64,000 bases of DNA from an uncultured Actinomycetota bacterium (GCA_963724495.1 CAVRUZ010000003.1:12815-76814); one strand, 5' to 3'; counted from the stretch's first letter, positions 49,557-59,939 are shown. Numbers and translations: made by a program. The notes: generated by a model not told the origin, from the letters alone.

Positions 49557-50796
49557 TCAGGAGGCGCCGCTGACGCACGTCGACCGCACAGCGCAGGCTC
49601 GTGAGCGGGTCCTCGGCGTGATAGACGCGCTCGTCAGGTTCGATGTTGTCGAGAAACGCCTGATAGATAAGGCCATCGAGCAACTCGACAACGGGGGCGA
49701 AGGGCTCCAGGGCCGCCTCAGGTTCGCAGCCGGGGATTGCGGCCCGCCAGGCCGTGGACCACAGCCGGACGACCTCGTCGCGCTGGTCCGCCCGCATGAA
49801 CGCGCGCAGCCGGATGATGTCGATCACGGGATGGCCGATTGCTGCGTCGCCCCAGTCGAGGATCCGCCAGCGGCCGGGCTCACCGCGCACGTTCCCCTGA
49901 TAGAAGTCACCGTGCAACAGCGTGTCCGGGAGGCCGGCCGAGGCGATGAGGGCGTAGCGCTCGGGCAGCGCCTCGATGAGACCCTCCAACACACGGATCT
50001 CCTGCGGTGTCAGCACATTCCGCCATCGTTCGAGCAGCCTGTGGATTTGCGGAGCCACGGCGTTCAGCCGACGGTCAGGGAGGCCGAGGCCCTGTAGGTC
50101 GGAAAGCCGTGCACCCATCGCATGTTGCAGGGCGACGAGTTCGGTGATCGCGTCGGCCATGACGGCGGCATCGGCGCGGTACTGGTCGGTGCCCGGGATG
50201 TCGTCGAGCAGCAGCCTGCCCTTCGCCGACGCGAGCACCACCGGGATGGCGACATCCCTTCCCGGCAAGGCGCGACTGAGCAGCTCCAGCAGCGGGCCCT
50301 CGTGGTCGTAGAAGGTCGGGGCGAGCTTGAGCCAGGCGGGGCTGCCGGTCTCGGTGGGGATCCGCCAGATGCTCGAGAGGTTCCAGGTCCGTATCTGCAC
50401 CGGCCGCCCGGTCGGCCTGCGGCCGATCCCGGCAAGGGCATCCAGCGCCCAGGCGACCGAGGCCGCGGGGCCGCCGGGTTCGGCATAGGCGGCCCGCAAC
50501 GGGTGCGGTGCGAGCGGATCCGGCCCCTGCCAGGGCGTGAGCGACGGACGGGTGGCGAGCAGGTCATCCGGCTGCACCTCAGCGAGGTAGGTGACCTCGC
50601 CGCCCTTGTCAGGAGGCGAACCGTGAACACTCAGCAGTCTCAGCACGGTGACACTCAGGCCGTGCACGCGAGCGCACGTGCTCACGATGTCGTGGGCGTC
50701 CTGCCAGTGTGGGTCGTCCACCGTGAACGGCGGGAGCGCACCGAGCAGTCGATCCGACGCGCACAGCAGCAACGTCACCTGCCGGAATTCGTCCAC
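49557..50796 (-). CDS. Aminoglycoside phosphotransferase-like kinase (3' end uncertain)
   Basis: RTWNLSSIWR, WLK, TLLHGDFYQGNV and ILDWGD motifs. As given, the ORF runs to 49342 and overlaps the SRPBCC gene, so a terminal frameshift is suspected. Confidence 0.78.
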
Positions 50797-50806
50797 GCTG
50801 CCCGGC

Positions 50807-51790
50807 CTACCGGGCGTCCCACTCGGTGAGGAGCGCTGACTCGCGCTCGGGCGTCAGACCCCACGCCGGCCGAAGCACGGAGTCCTCACCGACCTGCCGC
50901 GCCCAGGCGAGCGTGTCGCGGGCGATGTCGGTCAGCGGGCGGGCCGTGAGCCCCGCGGCCTCGGCCGCGGCTGGTGACAGGGCCAGCGAGTACTCGGGTG
51001 TGCCCTCGGTCCAGAGCGGCATCGCCATCCCGTCGACGTCGTGCTCCTTCAACCAGTCGGCGTCGATCCAGACAAGCTCCGCGTCCGAACCCGTCCCGCT
51101 CAACGTGTCCTGCAGCATCTGCTCGAAGGTGATGCCGGGCTGAGCGGAGGTGAACGCGCCCGAGCGTCGTTGCTCGGCGAGCCGGACGATCCACTCGCCC
51201 TGGTCCCGCGCGTCGACCACCTGCATGGGAGCGTCCCGCGGCTCCGGCGCGACCATCCGCCCGCCGCGCGCCGCCCGGATCACCCACCAGGGGTAACGCC
51301 CGCTCGTGTCGTAAGGCCCCACCACATACGTCGGCCGCACGAGCGCGACCGCGTCCGGCCCGTAGGCCTGGAGGGCGGCCTGCTCACAGGTCACCTTGAG
51401 CGGTCCGTAGGTGTCGCCCGTGACCTCCTCGTCGTCGTCGCCGGCCGGCGGCATCAGGGCGGTGTCCTCACCGGCGCCGGGCGCGGGCGGCTCGGCGTAG
51501 ACCGACACGGTCGAGACGAAGATGTGGTGACCGCCCCGGGTGCCGAGCGCCGCGGCCAGCCGCCGAACCTGGCTCGGCACGTAGGCACACACGTCGACGG
51601 TCGCGTCCCAGGTGCCGTCGGCAAGGGCGGACAGGTCGCCGTCGCGGTCGACATGCAGATGGGTCGCCTCGGGAAAGGCCTCGGACTGACCGCCGCGATG
51701 GACGAGGGTGACGTCGTGGCCGGCCGCGAGGGCGGCTTCGGTGACGGCGCGGCCGACGAACCGCGTGCCACCGATCATGAGGATGCGCAT
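50807..51790 (-). CDS. NAD-dependent epimerase/dehydratase (isoflavone reductase-like)
   Basis: GGTRFVG Rossmann motif, STVSVY and YGPLK (YxxxK). Confidence 0.9.
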   Translation of the reverse strand: MRILMIGGTRFVGRAVTEAALAAGHDVTLVHRGGQSEAFPEATHLHVDRDGDLSALADGTWDATVDVCAYVPSQVRRLAAALGTRGGHHIFVSTVSVYAEPPAPGAGEDTALMPPAGDDDEEVTGDTYGPLKVTCEQAALQAYGPDAVALVRPTYVVGPYDTSGRYPWWVIRAARGGRMVAPEPRDAPMQVVDARDQGEWIVRLAEQRRSGAFTSAQPGITFEQMLQDTLSGTGSDAELVWIDADWLKEHDVDGMAMPLWTEGTPEYSLALSPAAAEAAGLTARPLTDIARDTLAWARQVGEDSVLRPAWGLTPERESALLTEWDAR

Positions 51791-51983
51791 GCCGCATCAA
51801 AGCAGCGGCGCCCGTCGGCCGCGCGCGTGCCCTGATCGCCAGACCCGGGCGGGGCACCGATTCGAGCGCCTGGACAGTCGACCGGACCAGGACGAACCCG
51901 CCGGAAGTGGCTCCGGGCACCGGTAGCGTGCCGGGTTCCCTGCCGGGCTGACCCGGCATCTCAGAACTCTGGAGGAATGGGCC

Positions 51984-53609
51984 TTGGCAGCAGAGCAGCA
52001 GCGCGAGATCTCCCGGCGTTCGTTGGGTCGCTTGGCGGTCGGGGCCGCAGGCGCCGCAGTAGCGGTCGGCGCCGTCGCGTCGGGGGCGCCAGTTGCGGCC
52101 GCCGCCCCGGCGTCCCGCTATCCCAAGGGCGTCCGCCCGAGCCGCCTCTACGCGATTGCCGAGTCGAACCTGAACAGCGCGGAAAGGGTGCTGATCGCCA
52201 CCCTGCAGGGGCGAGTCGCCCGCCGGCCGGCCGGTACGAAGGCCGAGGGCATCTACGTCGATGCGGGCAACGGCTACCCGGTCTGGCTGGCCGATCTTGC
52301 CGCCCGCTACGGCGTCGCCGTCACGCAGGTCGACAGCGCGTGGACTCTGGTCGACAAGTTCCGCGTGGGCCCGGCCGGCGTCACCAAGTACGTGCTGTAC
52401 CGCGACGGCGACGGCTCGGTGAACCCGGCCACCTCGATCGCCGGCATCTCCGGCGCGGTCGCGGTCGAAGAGGCGATCGAGCCGCAGGCCGTGCAGCACG
52501 GACTGAAGCGCGCAGCCGACGTCCGTGGCCGGACCGACGCCTGGGTCAAGCAGAACTACTGGTCGAAGCTCCGGCACGACCTGGTGTTCGAGCAGAAGCC
52601 CGACTTCGCCAACCAGCTTCGCGACTACGCGACGATGGCCGGCTCCTACATGTTCTACGACGGCAACTCCGCCTTCCGGCGCGAGGTCGTCTCGGCAATG
52701 GATCGCGACGGCGCCACGATGGGCTGGGGTGACGCCTCGAGCGGCGAGGACTCCTTCGTCTCGATGTCATCCGAGGTCGGGGTGGGCACGCTGGCCGCCG
52801 ACCACGGCCGCAACCTGGCACCACTGTCCGGCATCACGATCGACCGGCTGAAGCAACGCGCATCGGGCGACGCACCCGCGGCCAAGCCGGGCACCCACCA
52901 CGTCGCCTTCGTCGTGACCGACGGCGACAACGTCCAGTGGCTCCTCAACGACTTCCAGAGCAGCGATCGCTGGTTCGCCAGCCCGTTGCGTGGGCAGTTC
53001 GACATGGGCTGGGGGATGGCGCCGGGGCTCATCGACATGGCGCCGTCGGTGATGCGCTGGTACTACGACAACGAGTCGGCCGGCGCCCATCGCGACCGCT
53101 TCGTCGTCGGGCCGTCCGGCGGCGCGTACCTGTACCCGAGCATGTATCCGGCCGCCGACCTCGACCTGCACACGGCCCGGCTCGATGCCCACATGGCCCG
53201 CGCCGACCTGGGCGTCGTCCAGATCCTCGACTTCGACGCCTTCGACAAGACCGCCTTGTGGTCGCGCTACCTGCGCCGGGCTTCCATCAAGGGACTGATC
53301 TACCTCGAGTACTCCCGCTACGACGGGCTCAAGGGCCGTATCGGCTGGGCCAACGGCAAGCCGGTGATCTCCGCGAGCGCGATGCTCTGGGACGGCCTGT
53401 CCGGCGCCGACGACGCGAGCGTGGCCGCCCAGCTCAACGCCGCGCCGCGCGACCCACGGGTGGCGGGCGGCTACTCGATCGTGATGGTGCACGCCTGGAG
53501 CAAGACGCTGGCCAACGTCAAGAACGTCATCGACAACCTCGACCCGCAGGTGCAGGTCGTCACACCGGATGCCCTCGTCCAGCTCGTCAGCAAGAACGTC
53601 AGGCACTGA
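51984..53609 (+). CDS. Tat-exported GxGYxYP-family putative glycoside hydrolase
   Basis: SRRSLG twin-arginine signal, TLQG, LRDY, TDGDNVQW and GPSGGAYLYP motifs. GGAGGA RBS before TTG. Confidence 0.82.
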   Translation: MAAEQQREISRRSLGRLAVGAAGAAVAVGAVASGAPVAAAAPASRYPKGVRPSRLYAIAESNLNSAERVLIATLQGRVARRPAGTKAEGIYVDAGNGYPVWLADLAARYGVAVTQVDSAWTLVDKFRVGPAGVTKYVLYRDGDGSVNPATSIAGISGAVAVEEAIEPQAVQHGLKRAADVRGRTDAWVKQNYWSKLRHDLVFEQKPDFANQLRDYATMAGSYMFYDGNSAFRREVVSAMDRDGATMGWGDASSGEDSFVSMSSEVGVGTLAADHGRNLAPLSGITIDRLKQRASGDAPAAKPGTHHVAFVVTDGDNVQWLLNDFQSSDRWFASPLRGQFDMGWGMAPGLIDMAPSVMRWYYDNESAGAHRDRFVVGPSGGAYLYPSMYPAADLDLHTARLDAHMARADLGVVQILDFDAFDKTALWSRYLRRASIKGLIYLEYSRYDGLKGRIGWANGKPVISASAMLWDGLSGADDASVAAQLNAAPRDPRVAGGYSIVMVHAWSKTLANVKNVIDNLDPQVQVVTPDALVQLVSKNVRH

Positions 53610-53789
53610 CGCCAGGGACGGCAAGCATCGGGCGCATCCGCCGACCAGCCGCCCCGAAGCATGCACTCCCACTGCACAGATCCGGACATACAGCCACATG
53701 TGCGGTGGTCGCCTGGTCGCTCTGCATGTCTTGTGCGAGAACTCAAAAACCCCGAGGCCGGCGGCCGCCGTTCTGCTTAGGTGGCGGCC

Positions 53790-54194
53790 ATGACCTCGCG
53801 CATCTCGCACACGACGATCAACGCCAGGAACGCCTACGAGCAGTCGGTGTGGTGGTCGGGGGTCCTGGGCTGGACCGAGATCCCGGAGGACCCGAACGAG
53901 CCGGGCCACGAGGAATGCATGATCATCGAGCCGGACGGTCCCGGTCGGCTGCTGTTCATCGACGTCCCTGACGACAAGCAGCTGCGCAACCGGATCCATC
54001 TCGACCTCCAGCCGACCGACGGCACGCGTGACGAAGAGGTCGCCCGGCTGCTGGCCGTGGGAGCCACCCAGGTCGACGACCTCCGCACGGACGACGGTCG
54101 CGGATGGGTCGTGCTCGCCGACCCGGAAGGCAACGAGTTCTGCATCCTCACCAGCGACGAGGAGCGCGCCGCCAACGCGCAGCGGACCGCCTAG
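53790..54194 (+). CDS. VOC family protein
   Basis: LLFIDVPDDK..RNRIHLDL...WVVLADPEGNEFCIL motif. Confidence 0.92.
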   Translation: MTSRISHTTINARNAYEQSVWWSGVLGWTEIPEDPNEPGHEECMIIEPDGPGRLLFIDVPDDKQLRNRIHLDLQPTDGTRDEEVARLLAVGATQVDDLRTDDGRGWVVLADPEGNEFCILTSDEERAANAQRTA

Positions 54195-54240
54195 TGCCGA
54201 CCACTGAGCTCCCGCGTACCTCCGACCGGTTGACGGCTTG

Positions 54241-55128
54241 ATGGCGAGGATGCACGCGGGCGAGGTGGACATCGACGCCGAGCTCGTCCGGAAGCTCCTC
54301 GACGCCCAGTTCCCCCACTGGGCGCAACTGCCGATCCGCGAGGTGCGCTCGACCGGCACGGTCAACGCCATCTATCGAATCGGAGACGACCTGTACGTCC
54401 GCCTGCCGCGCGTGCGGGACTGGGCCGACGACCTGGTCAACGAGGCGCACTGGCTGCCGCGGCTGGCCCCAGCCCTTCCGCTCTCGATTCCGGAGCCGCT
54501 CGCGGTCGGGACTCCTGCGGCCGGCTACCCGTTCCGGTGGGCGGTCTATCGCTGGCTGCACGGGCGGACCTATGCGTCCGACCTGGTGCCCGACGAACGC
54601 CAGGCGGCACGCGACCTCGCCGGTTTCGTGTCGGCATTGCGGCGCATCCGCCTCGACGGGGCTCCTCGGTCGCGGCGTGACCGGCCGCTCCTGCTGCAGG
54701 ACGAAGGGGCGCGGACGGCGATCGCCGCACTTGGGCCGGCCTACGACCGGCCCGCGGTGACCACGGCCTGGGAGAGCGCCCTCGCCGCTCCGGCGTGGGA
54801 CGGCGAACCGGAGTGGAGCCACGGCGACCTGCTGCCGCCGAACCTGCTGGTACGAGACGGTCGGCTGATGGCCGTGATCGACTTCGGCAGCATCGGTGTC
54901 GGTGACCCGGCTGTCGACGTGATCGCAGCCTGGTGCGTGTTCGGCGCGGCAGGCCGGGAGACGTTCCGGGCGGCGCTCGACGTTGACGACGCCACCTGGG
55001 CCCGAGCCCGTGGCCTCGCGCTTCACAAGGCCCTGCTGATCATTCCGTACTACGTCGAGACGAACCCGGGGTTCGTGCAGATGGCGACGCGGACCATCGA
55101 TCAGGTGCTCGCGGATCTCGACCGATGA
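54241..55128 (+). CDS. Aminoglycoside phosphotransferase family protein
   Basis: STGTVNAIYRIG, VRLPR, WSHGDLLPPNLL and AVIDFG motifs. Confidence 0.9.
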   Translation: MARMHAGEVDIDAELVRKLLDAQFPHWAQLPIREVRSTGTVNAIYRIGDDLYVRLPRVRDWADDLVNEAHWLPRLAPALPLSIPEPLAVGTPAAGYPFRWAVYRWLHGRTYASDLVPDERQAARDLAGFVSALRRIRLDGAPRSRRDRPLLLQDEGARTAIAALGPAYDRPAVTTAWESALAAPAWDGEPEWSHGDLLPPNLLVRDGRLMAVIDFGSIGVGDPAVDVIAAWCVFGAAGRETFRAALDVDDATWARARGLALHKALLIIPYYVETNPGFVQMATRTIDQVLADLDR

Positions 55129-55218
55129 GTTCGCCCCGGTCGCGAGGTCTACCAGGCATCACGGCCGGCCGTCCTTACGATGCGGCGGCCAGGGAAAGTG
55201 AGAGAGGACGCACGCACC

Positions 55219-56094
55219 ATGGACGCTCAGACCCACACACTCGAGACTCCGGATGTCGACCTGGTCTACGAGGTGTACGCCCCGACAGCCGCTGACAACG
55301 GACGCCGACCGCTGTTGATGGCGGGGCATCCGATGGACGCCCGGGGCTTCGACACTCTCCGAACGTTCTTCACCGACCGGACCGTGATCGCCTACGACCC
55401 GCGTGGCCTCGGCCGAAGCACCCGCAAGGACGGTCGCAACGACTTCACCCCCGAGATGCACTCGGCCGACCTGCACTCCCTCATCGCCGAGCTCGGCGCC
55501 GGCGCCATCGACATCTTCGCCAGCAGCGGGGGCGCCGTGAACGCTCTGGCCCTGGTGGCAGCCCATCCGGACGACGTCGGCACGCTCGTGGCGCACGAGC
55601 CGCCCCTGATCACGCTCCTGCCCGACGCCGATCGCGTCCTGGCAGCTGAGCGTGGGTTCCAGGAGACGTACCACGCCAAAGGGTTCGGGGCAGGCTTGGC
55701 CAAGTTCATCGCCCTGACGTCGGTTGAGGGCGAGTTCACCGACGAGTACCTCGCTCAGCCCGATCCCGACCCGGCCCAGTTCGGCCTGCCGACCGAGGAC
55801 GACGGGAACCGGGACGATCCGCTGCTGTCCGGGGTTGCCGGCGCGATCACCGCCTATCGTCCCGATATCCAGGGCCTTGCCGCAGCTACGACCCGCGTCG
55901 TTGTGGCGGCCGGAGAAGAGTCTCGGAACACGATGACCGGTCGCGCGGCGGCAGAGGTCGCCGAGGCGCTGGACAAGCCGCTGACGATGTTCCCCAGTCA
56001 TCACGGCGGCTTCCTCGGTGGCGACTACGGCTACGCGGGTCAACCCGAGGCCTTCGCCGCACGCCTGCACGAGATCCTCGACGGCACCGCGTGA
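55219..56094 (+). CDS. Alpha/beta hydrolase
   Basis: YDPRGLGRS, ASSGGA nucleophile elbow, AHEPP and FPSHHGGF motifs. Confidence 0.9.
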   Translation: MDAQTHTLETPDVDLVYEVYAPTAADNGRRPLLMAGHPMDARGFDTLRTFFTDRTVIAYDPRGLGRSTRKDGRNDFTPEMHSADLHSLIAELGAGAIDIFASSGGAVNALALVAAHPDDVGTLVAHEPPLITLLPDADRVLAAERGFQETYHAKGFGAGLAKFIALTSVEGEFTDEYLAQPDPDPAQFGLPTEDDGNRDDPLLSGVAGAITAYRPDIQGLAAATTRVVVAAGEESRNTMTGRAAAEVAEALDKPLTMFPSHHGGFLGGDYGYAGQPEAFAARLHEILDGTA

Positions 56095-56131
56095 GGTCGG
56101 GACGCCAGAAAGTCCAACCGTCCCTTGCTGC

Positions 56132-57002
56132 CTAGGTGTCGGCCAACCGATACGCCTCTGCCAGCCGGGTCGTGTACTCGATGAAGGCGACGGTTTGTCT
56201 GAAGGCTTCGCGATCTGCTGGCTGTGCGACAGAAATGCCCGTGTCCTGTCGCTCCCGCCAGCAGTAGTCAATGAGCGGGTGCCACGCCGCGTCGATGTGC
56301 TGCTTCGCCCACGTCATGCCTTCACGTTTGGACGTGATCCTGCCTTCGTGGAGGTCCTGCAGCGCGCGACAGTTGTTGAGCACCATGAAGACCTGGTGGA
56401 AGCGATTGTCGAACTGTCCGGGGTCGGTATGGACCAGCTTCTCCCACCCCAGCATCGAGCTCCTGATCTCTCGACGGAGTTCGTCGGCTGTCACGTCGGG
56501 CGCAAAGGTTGCCGGCTCGGGCCCTAGAACCGGTCGACTTCGGTAGCGGAGTGTCCAGCGCGCCACGATCAGGTTGTCGTGATCAGACTTTTCGATGGTG
56601 GGGCTGCCGTTCACGAAGTACCAGAGCTTGCGGTCCTCGGAGTCGATTCGTCGACCGTCGGGGCCATAGGGCGAGGTCTTGTCGAACAGCTTCCGCATCG
56701 AGAAGAAGGCATATTCGAGGTGCTTCACCCAGCGGGTGTCTCGGCTCATCGTTGCCGTGTGGGCGGCCTGAACACGTGCCACCTGGTCGTCGCCCAACTC
56801 ATCCTCGGTAACGGCAATCAGATCGACGTCGCTCGTCAGGTCAAAGTCGCCGATCGCCAGTGAGCCGGACAGGTACAGGCCGACGAAGTTCCCGGCCAGT
56901 GCGTCACGCGAGACCGTGCGCATGATCGACCAGCACCTCGTCAAGTCTCGAATACGGTGTCAGGTCGCCGGGAGTTGTCTCGACCGTTTCGTCACCGGTC
57001 AT
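56132..57002 (-). CDS. AadA/ANT-like nucleotidyltransferase with DUF4111 domain (frameshift near 56910)
   Basis: VGLYLSGSLAIGDFDLTSDVDL (Pol-beta NTase motif), VLNNCRAL and ITSKREG. The N-terminus MTGDE...LTPYSRLDEVL lies in a shifted frame. Confidence 0.85.
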
Positions 57003-57647
57003 TCGTTGGCCGCGCTGTCCATGGCAGCGGCGGGTCGGCCGGCGGACTGTCGTCGGGTCGCCCAGGCCTTCTTCGCTGCCCGGCTCCGCTTGCGGCGCCG
57101 CCGTTCGGCGTCGACTTCGTTCCCGTTCGAGTGCCCGAAGCTCTCGTCGAGCCTGGTTCTCCGCCTTGCGCAGCTCTGCTGCGAGCACCGCCTCCGATCG
57201 GACCGGCCACACATAGGGCAGGTCGACCGGGACATCCGGGAACAGCGGGCGGTAGTGCTCCTCGTCCTTGCGCAGGAGCGAGGACTGGTGGCTGCGATGA
57301 AGCGACTCGTCCCCGAGCCAGGGCGGCAGCGCACCCGCTGCAGCCAGCTCTGGCTGCGAGCGGAGACCGTCGACACCGGCTTTGCGCAGGTCGGTCGTGA
57401 TCGTGAGCGCGCACGTGTCGCCGAACCCGAGCTCGGTCCACACGTCGCAGCAGGTGATGCCGTATCTGCCGAGCGCTTCCTCGAACCCCTTCCACATCAG
57501 CACGGCCGGGTGGTTGGCCCAGCCGTATCCGGGCCAGGTCAACGCCCGGACGATCTGGATCGTCTCCACCCGCTGCTTGCCGAGCCGCCTGAGGTCAAGC
57601 GCGCGGGCCGAGCGTTCGAAGTCGGCGAAGGGCAGGAAGGTCTGCAC
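56999..57647 (-). CDS. MSMEG_6728 family (pyrimidine-dimer glycosylase/endonuclease V-like) protein (frameshift near 57120)
   Basis: QTFLP..DF..SARALD.RRLGKQRVE, GWANHPAVLMWKG, PPWLG...HRSHQSSLLRKD and LPYVWP motifs. Confidence 0.88.
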
Positions 57648-57675
57648 GCTGCGGATTCTCCCGTGCGCCCGCAGA

Positions 57676-58059
57676 TCAGCCCCCGCTGCCGTACGGCCGG
57701 GTGATGATCTCCAGCTTGTGGCCGTCGAGGTCCTTCCAGTACACGCCCCGGCCGCCGTCGTTGTGGTTGATCTCGCCCGGCCTGTTCTCGCCCGGATCGG
57801 CCCAGTAGGTGAGCCCGCGTGCCTGGATGCGCCCGAAGATCTCGTCGAACTCCGGTTCCGACACCAGAAAGGCGTAGTGCTGCGAACGGACCTCGCCATG
57901 GTCGTCGGCGAGGTCGAGCGAGACGCCGTTGCTGACCTCGACGACCGCGAACGGGCCGAAGCTGGTTGCGGGCGGCAACCCCAGGATCTCGGTGTAGAAC
58001 GCCGCAGACGCGGCCTTGTCGCGGACGTTGACGATCGTGTGGTTCAGCTCGACGGCCAT
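57676..58059 (-). CDS. VOC family protein
   Basis: LNHTIV..RDK, QHYAFLVSE.EFD, YWADP and GGRGVYW motifs. Confidence 0.92.
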   Translation of the reverse strand: MAVELNHTIVNVRDKAASAAFYTEILGLPPATSFGPFAVVEVSNGVSLDLADDHGEVRSQHYAFLVSEPEFDEIFGRIQARGLTYWADPGENRPGEINHNDGGRGVYWKDLDGHKLEIITRPYGSGG

Positions 58060-58223
58060 GTGTTCTCCCGCGTTCGTGTCCAGGCCCGGCATCGGGCCAC
58101 AGCAGTATGACTGCGCAGACCACTGCGGGGGCTGTCCGGTGACCGGTTTCTGCCGCGACTCCTGCCGCGACTGGCTGAGCGCATCCGTAGGCTGGTCACT
58201 CTCCCGACGAGCGAACGGATCCC

Positions 58224-59234
58224 ATGTCAGCACTGCGCGTTCTCTACATCGGCGGCACCGGCATCATCAGCACGGCGTGCGTCACCGAGTCGATCCAGCA
58301 GGGTCACGACGTCACGATCCTCAACCGTGGCCAGAGCTCCCGTCGCGACCCTCATCCCGATGCCCGCCTGGTCACCGGGGACATCCGCGATCCGGACTCG
58401 GCGCGTTCGGCCCTCGGCGATGCCACGTTCGATGTGGTGTGCAGCTTCGTCAGCTTCACCACCGACCACGTGCTCACCGATCTCGAGCTGTTCCGCGGGA
58501 AGGTGGGGCAGTACGTCTTCATCTCGTCCGCGTCGGCCTACCAGACACCCCCGACCCACATGCCCGTGACCGAGTCGACGCCGCTCCGCAACCCCTACTG
58601 GCAGTACTCGCGCGACAAGATCGCCTGCGAGGACCTCCTGCTGAAGACATACCGCGACGAGGCCTTCCCGATGACGATCGTGCGGCCGAGTCACACCTAC
58701 GACCACACGAGCATCGTCTTCGACGGTGGCTGGACGCTGGTCGACCGCATGCGGCGAGGGGTCGAGGTGGTCGTCCCGGGTGACGGCACGTCGCTGTGGA
58801 CGCTCACGCACGTCGACGACTTCGCTCCCGGCTTCGTCGGCCTGCTGGGACGCGATGCCGCCATCGGTGAGGCCTTCCACATCACGTCCGACGAAGCCCT
58901 GACCTGGAACGCGATCTTCACCGAGATGGCCCATGCGGCGGGAACGGAGCCCAAGCTCGTGCACGTGGCGACGGACGCGATCGACGCCGCGGATCCCAAG
59001 CTGGGTGCCGGCCTGGTCGGTGACAAGTCGAACACGATGATCTTCGACAACACCAAGCTGCGGACCCTGGTGCCGACGTTCAACTGCCCGACGCCGTTCA
59101 GCCAGGGAGCGCGCGAGATCGTCGACTGGTACGACGCCGACGAGTCGCGCAAGACCGTCGACGACAAGGTCAACGCGTTGCAGGACATGCTGATCGAGGC
59201 CTACCGGCCGGGCAAGGTGCAACCGGCCGGCTGA
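58224..59234 (+). CDS. NAD-dependent epimerase/dehydratase (extended SDR)
   Basis: IGGTGIIS, FISSASAY, YSRDK (YxxxK) and VRPSHTY motifs. Confidence 0.92.
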   Translation: MSALRVLYIGGTGIISTACVTESIQQGHDVTILNRGQSSRRDPHPDARLVTGDIRDPDSARSALGDATFDVVCSFVSFTTDHVLTDLELFRGKVGQYVFISSASAYQTPPTHMPVTESTPLRNPYWQYSRDKIACEDLLLKTYRDEAFPMTIVRPSHTYDHTSIVFDGGWTLVDRMRRGVEVVVPGDGTSLWTLTHVDDFAPGFVGLLGRDAAIGEAFHITSDEALTWNAIFTEMAHAAGTEPKLVHVATDAIDAADPKLGAGLVGDKSNTMIFDNTKLRTLVPTFNCPTPFSQGAREIVDWYDADESRKTVDDKVNALQDMLIEAYRPGKVQPAG

Positions 59235-59243
59235 CGTCGTGCA

Positions 59244-59732
59244 CTAGTACGTGTCGTGCCTCATGCGCTCCGCGTCGCCGTGAGATCGGTCGCGGACGAC
59301 GACGACCGGGCACTCCGCGTGCGCCACCACGTGCTGGCTGACCGAGCCCAGCAGCGCTCCGACGAAGCCTCCATGACCGCGGGACCCCACCACCAGCAAG
59401 GCGGCGTCGGCGGCGATCGAGATCAGGGCCTCGGCCGGGTGGCCCTCCACCGCCTCGGCGGTGATGCTGGCCGTGCGGTTCTGCCCCGCCTCCGCCGCGA
59501 TGCGCGCCACCTCGCCGGCGGCCGCGGCCGCGAGGTCGTCAAAGGCTACGACCGTGCTGCTGACCGCCATGAGGGTCGGCGGGTTGTTGTAGACCACGGG
59601 GTGTTGCCACGCCATCACGGCCTGGACGTCCACGCCTCGGAGTTCTGCTTCGTCCACCGCCCAGTGCAGTGCCGCTGTCGACGACTCCGACCCGTCGACG
59701 CCCACCACGATGCGTCCGGCTGTTCCCGACAT
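59244..59732 (-). CDS. Universal stress protein
   Basis: IVVGVDGS, LLVVGSRGHGG...LLGSVS and CPVVVV motifs. Confidence 0.95.
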   Translation of the reverse strand: MSGTAGRIVVGVDGSESSTAALHWAVDEAELRGVDVQAVMAWQHPVVYNNPPTLMAVSSTVVAFDDLAAAAAGEVARIAAEAGQNRTASITAEAVEGHPAEALISIAADAALLVVGSRGHGGFVGALLGSVSQHVVAHAECPVVVVRDRSHGDAERMRHDTY

Positions 59733-59939
59733 GTCGTCTCCGATCCGCCAGTGCGGCGCTGCGTCCTACCGGCCGCACGTTGCCTGTCTACGGTTTGGTG
59801 CCTGCCTACCGCTTCAATGCTGCCTACGGTTTCAGTGACGGCCAGAAATACACCACGACGGATCGACCACCACGGCCAGCCCCGACGTGGCCACGGGAGA
59901 TGCCTGGTCCAACGGCCGGCTAGAACAGGAGTGCTGGAG

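Noticed and set aside
58150-58172. 11-bp direct repeat ctgccgcgact x2 between divergent VOC and SDR genes
   Set aside because: Two GC-rich copies only, which is too weak to distinguish from a chance duplication.
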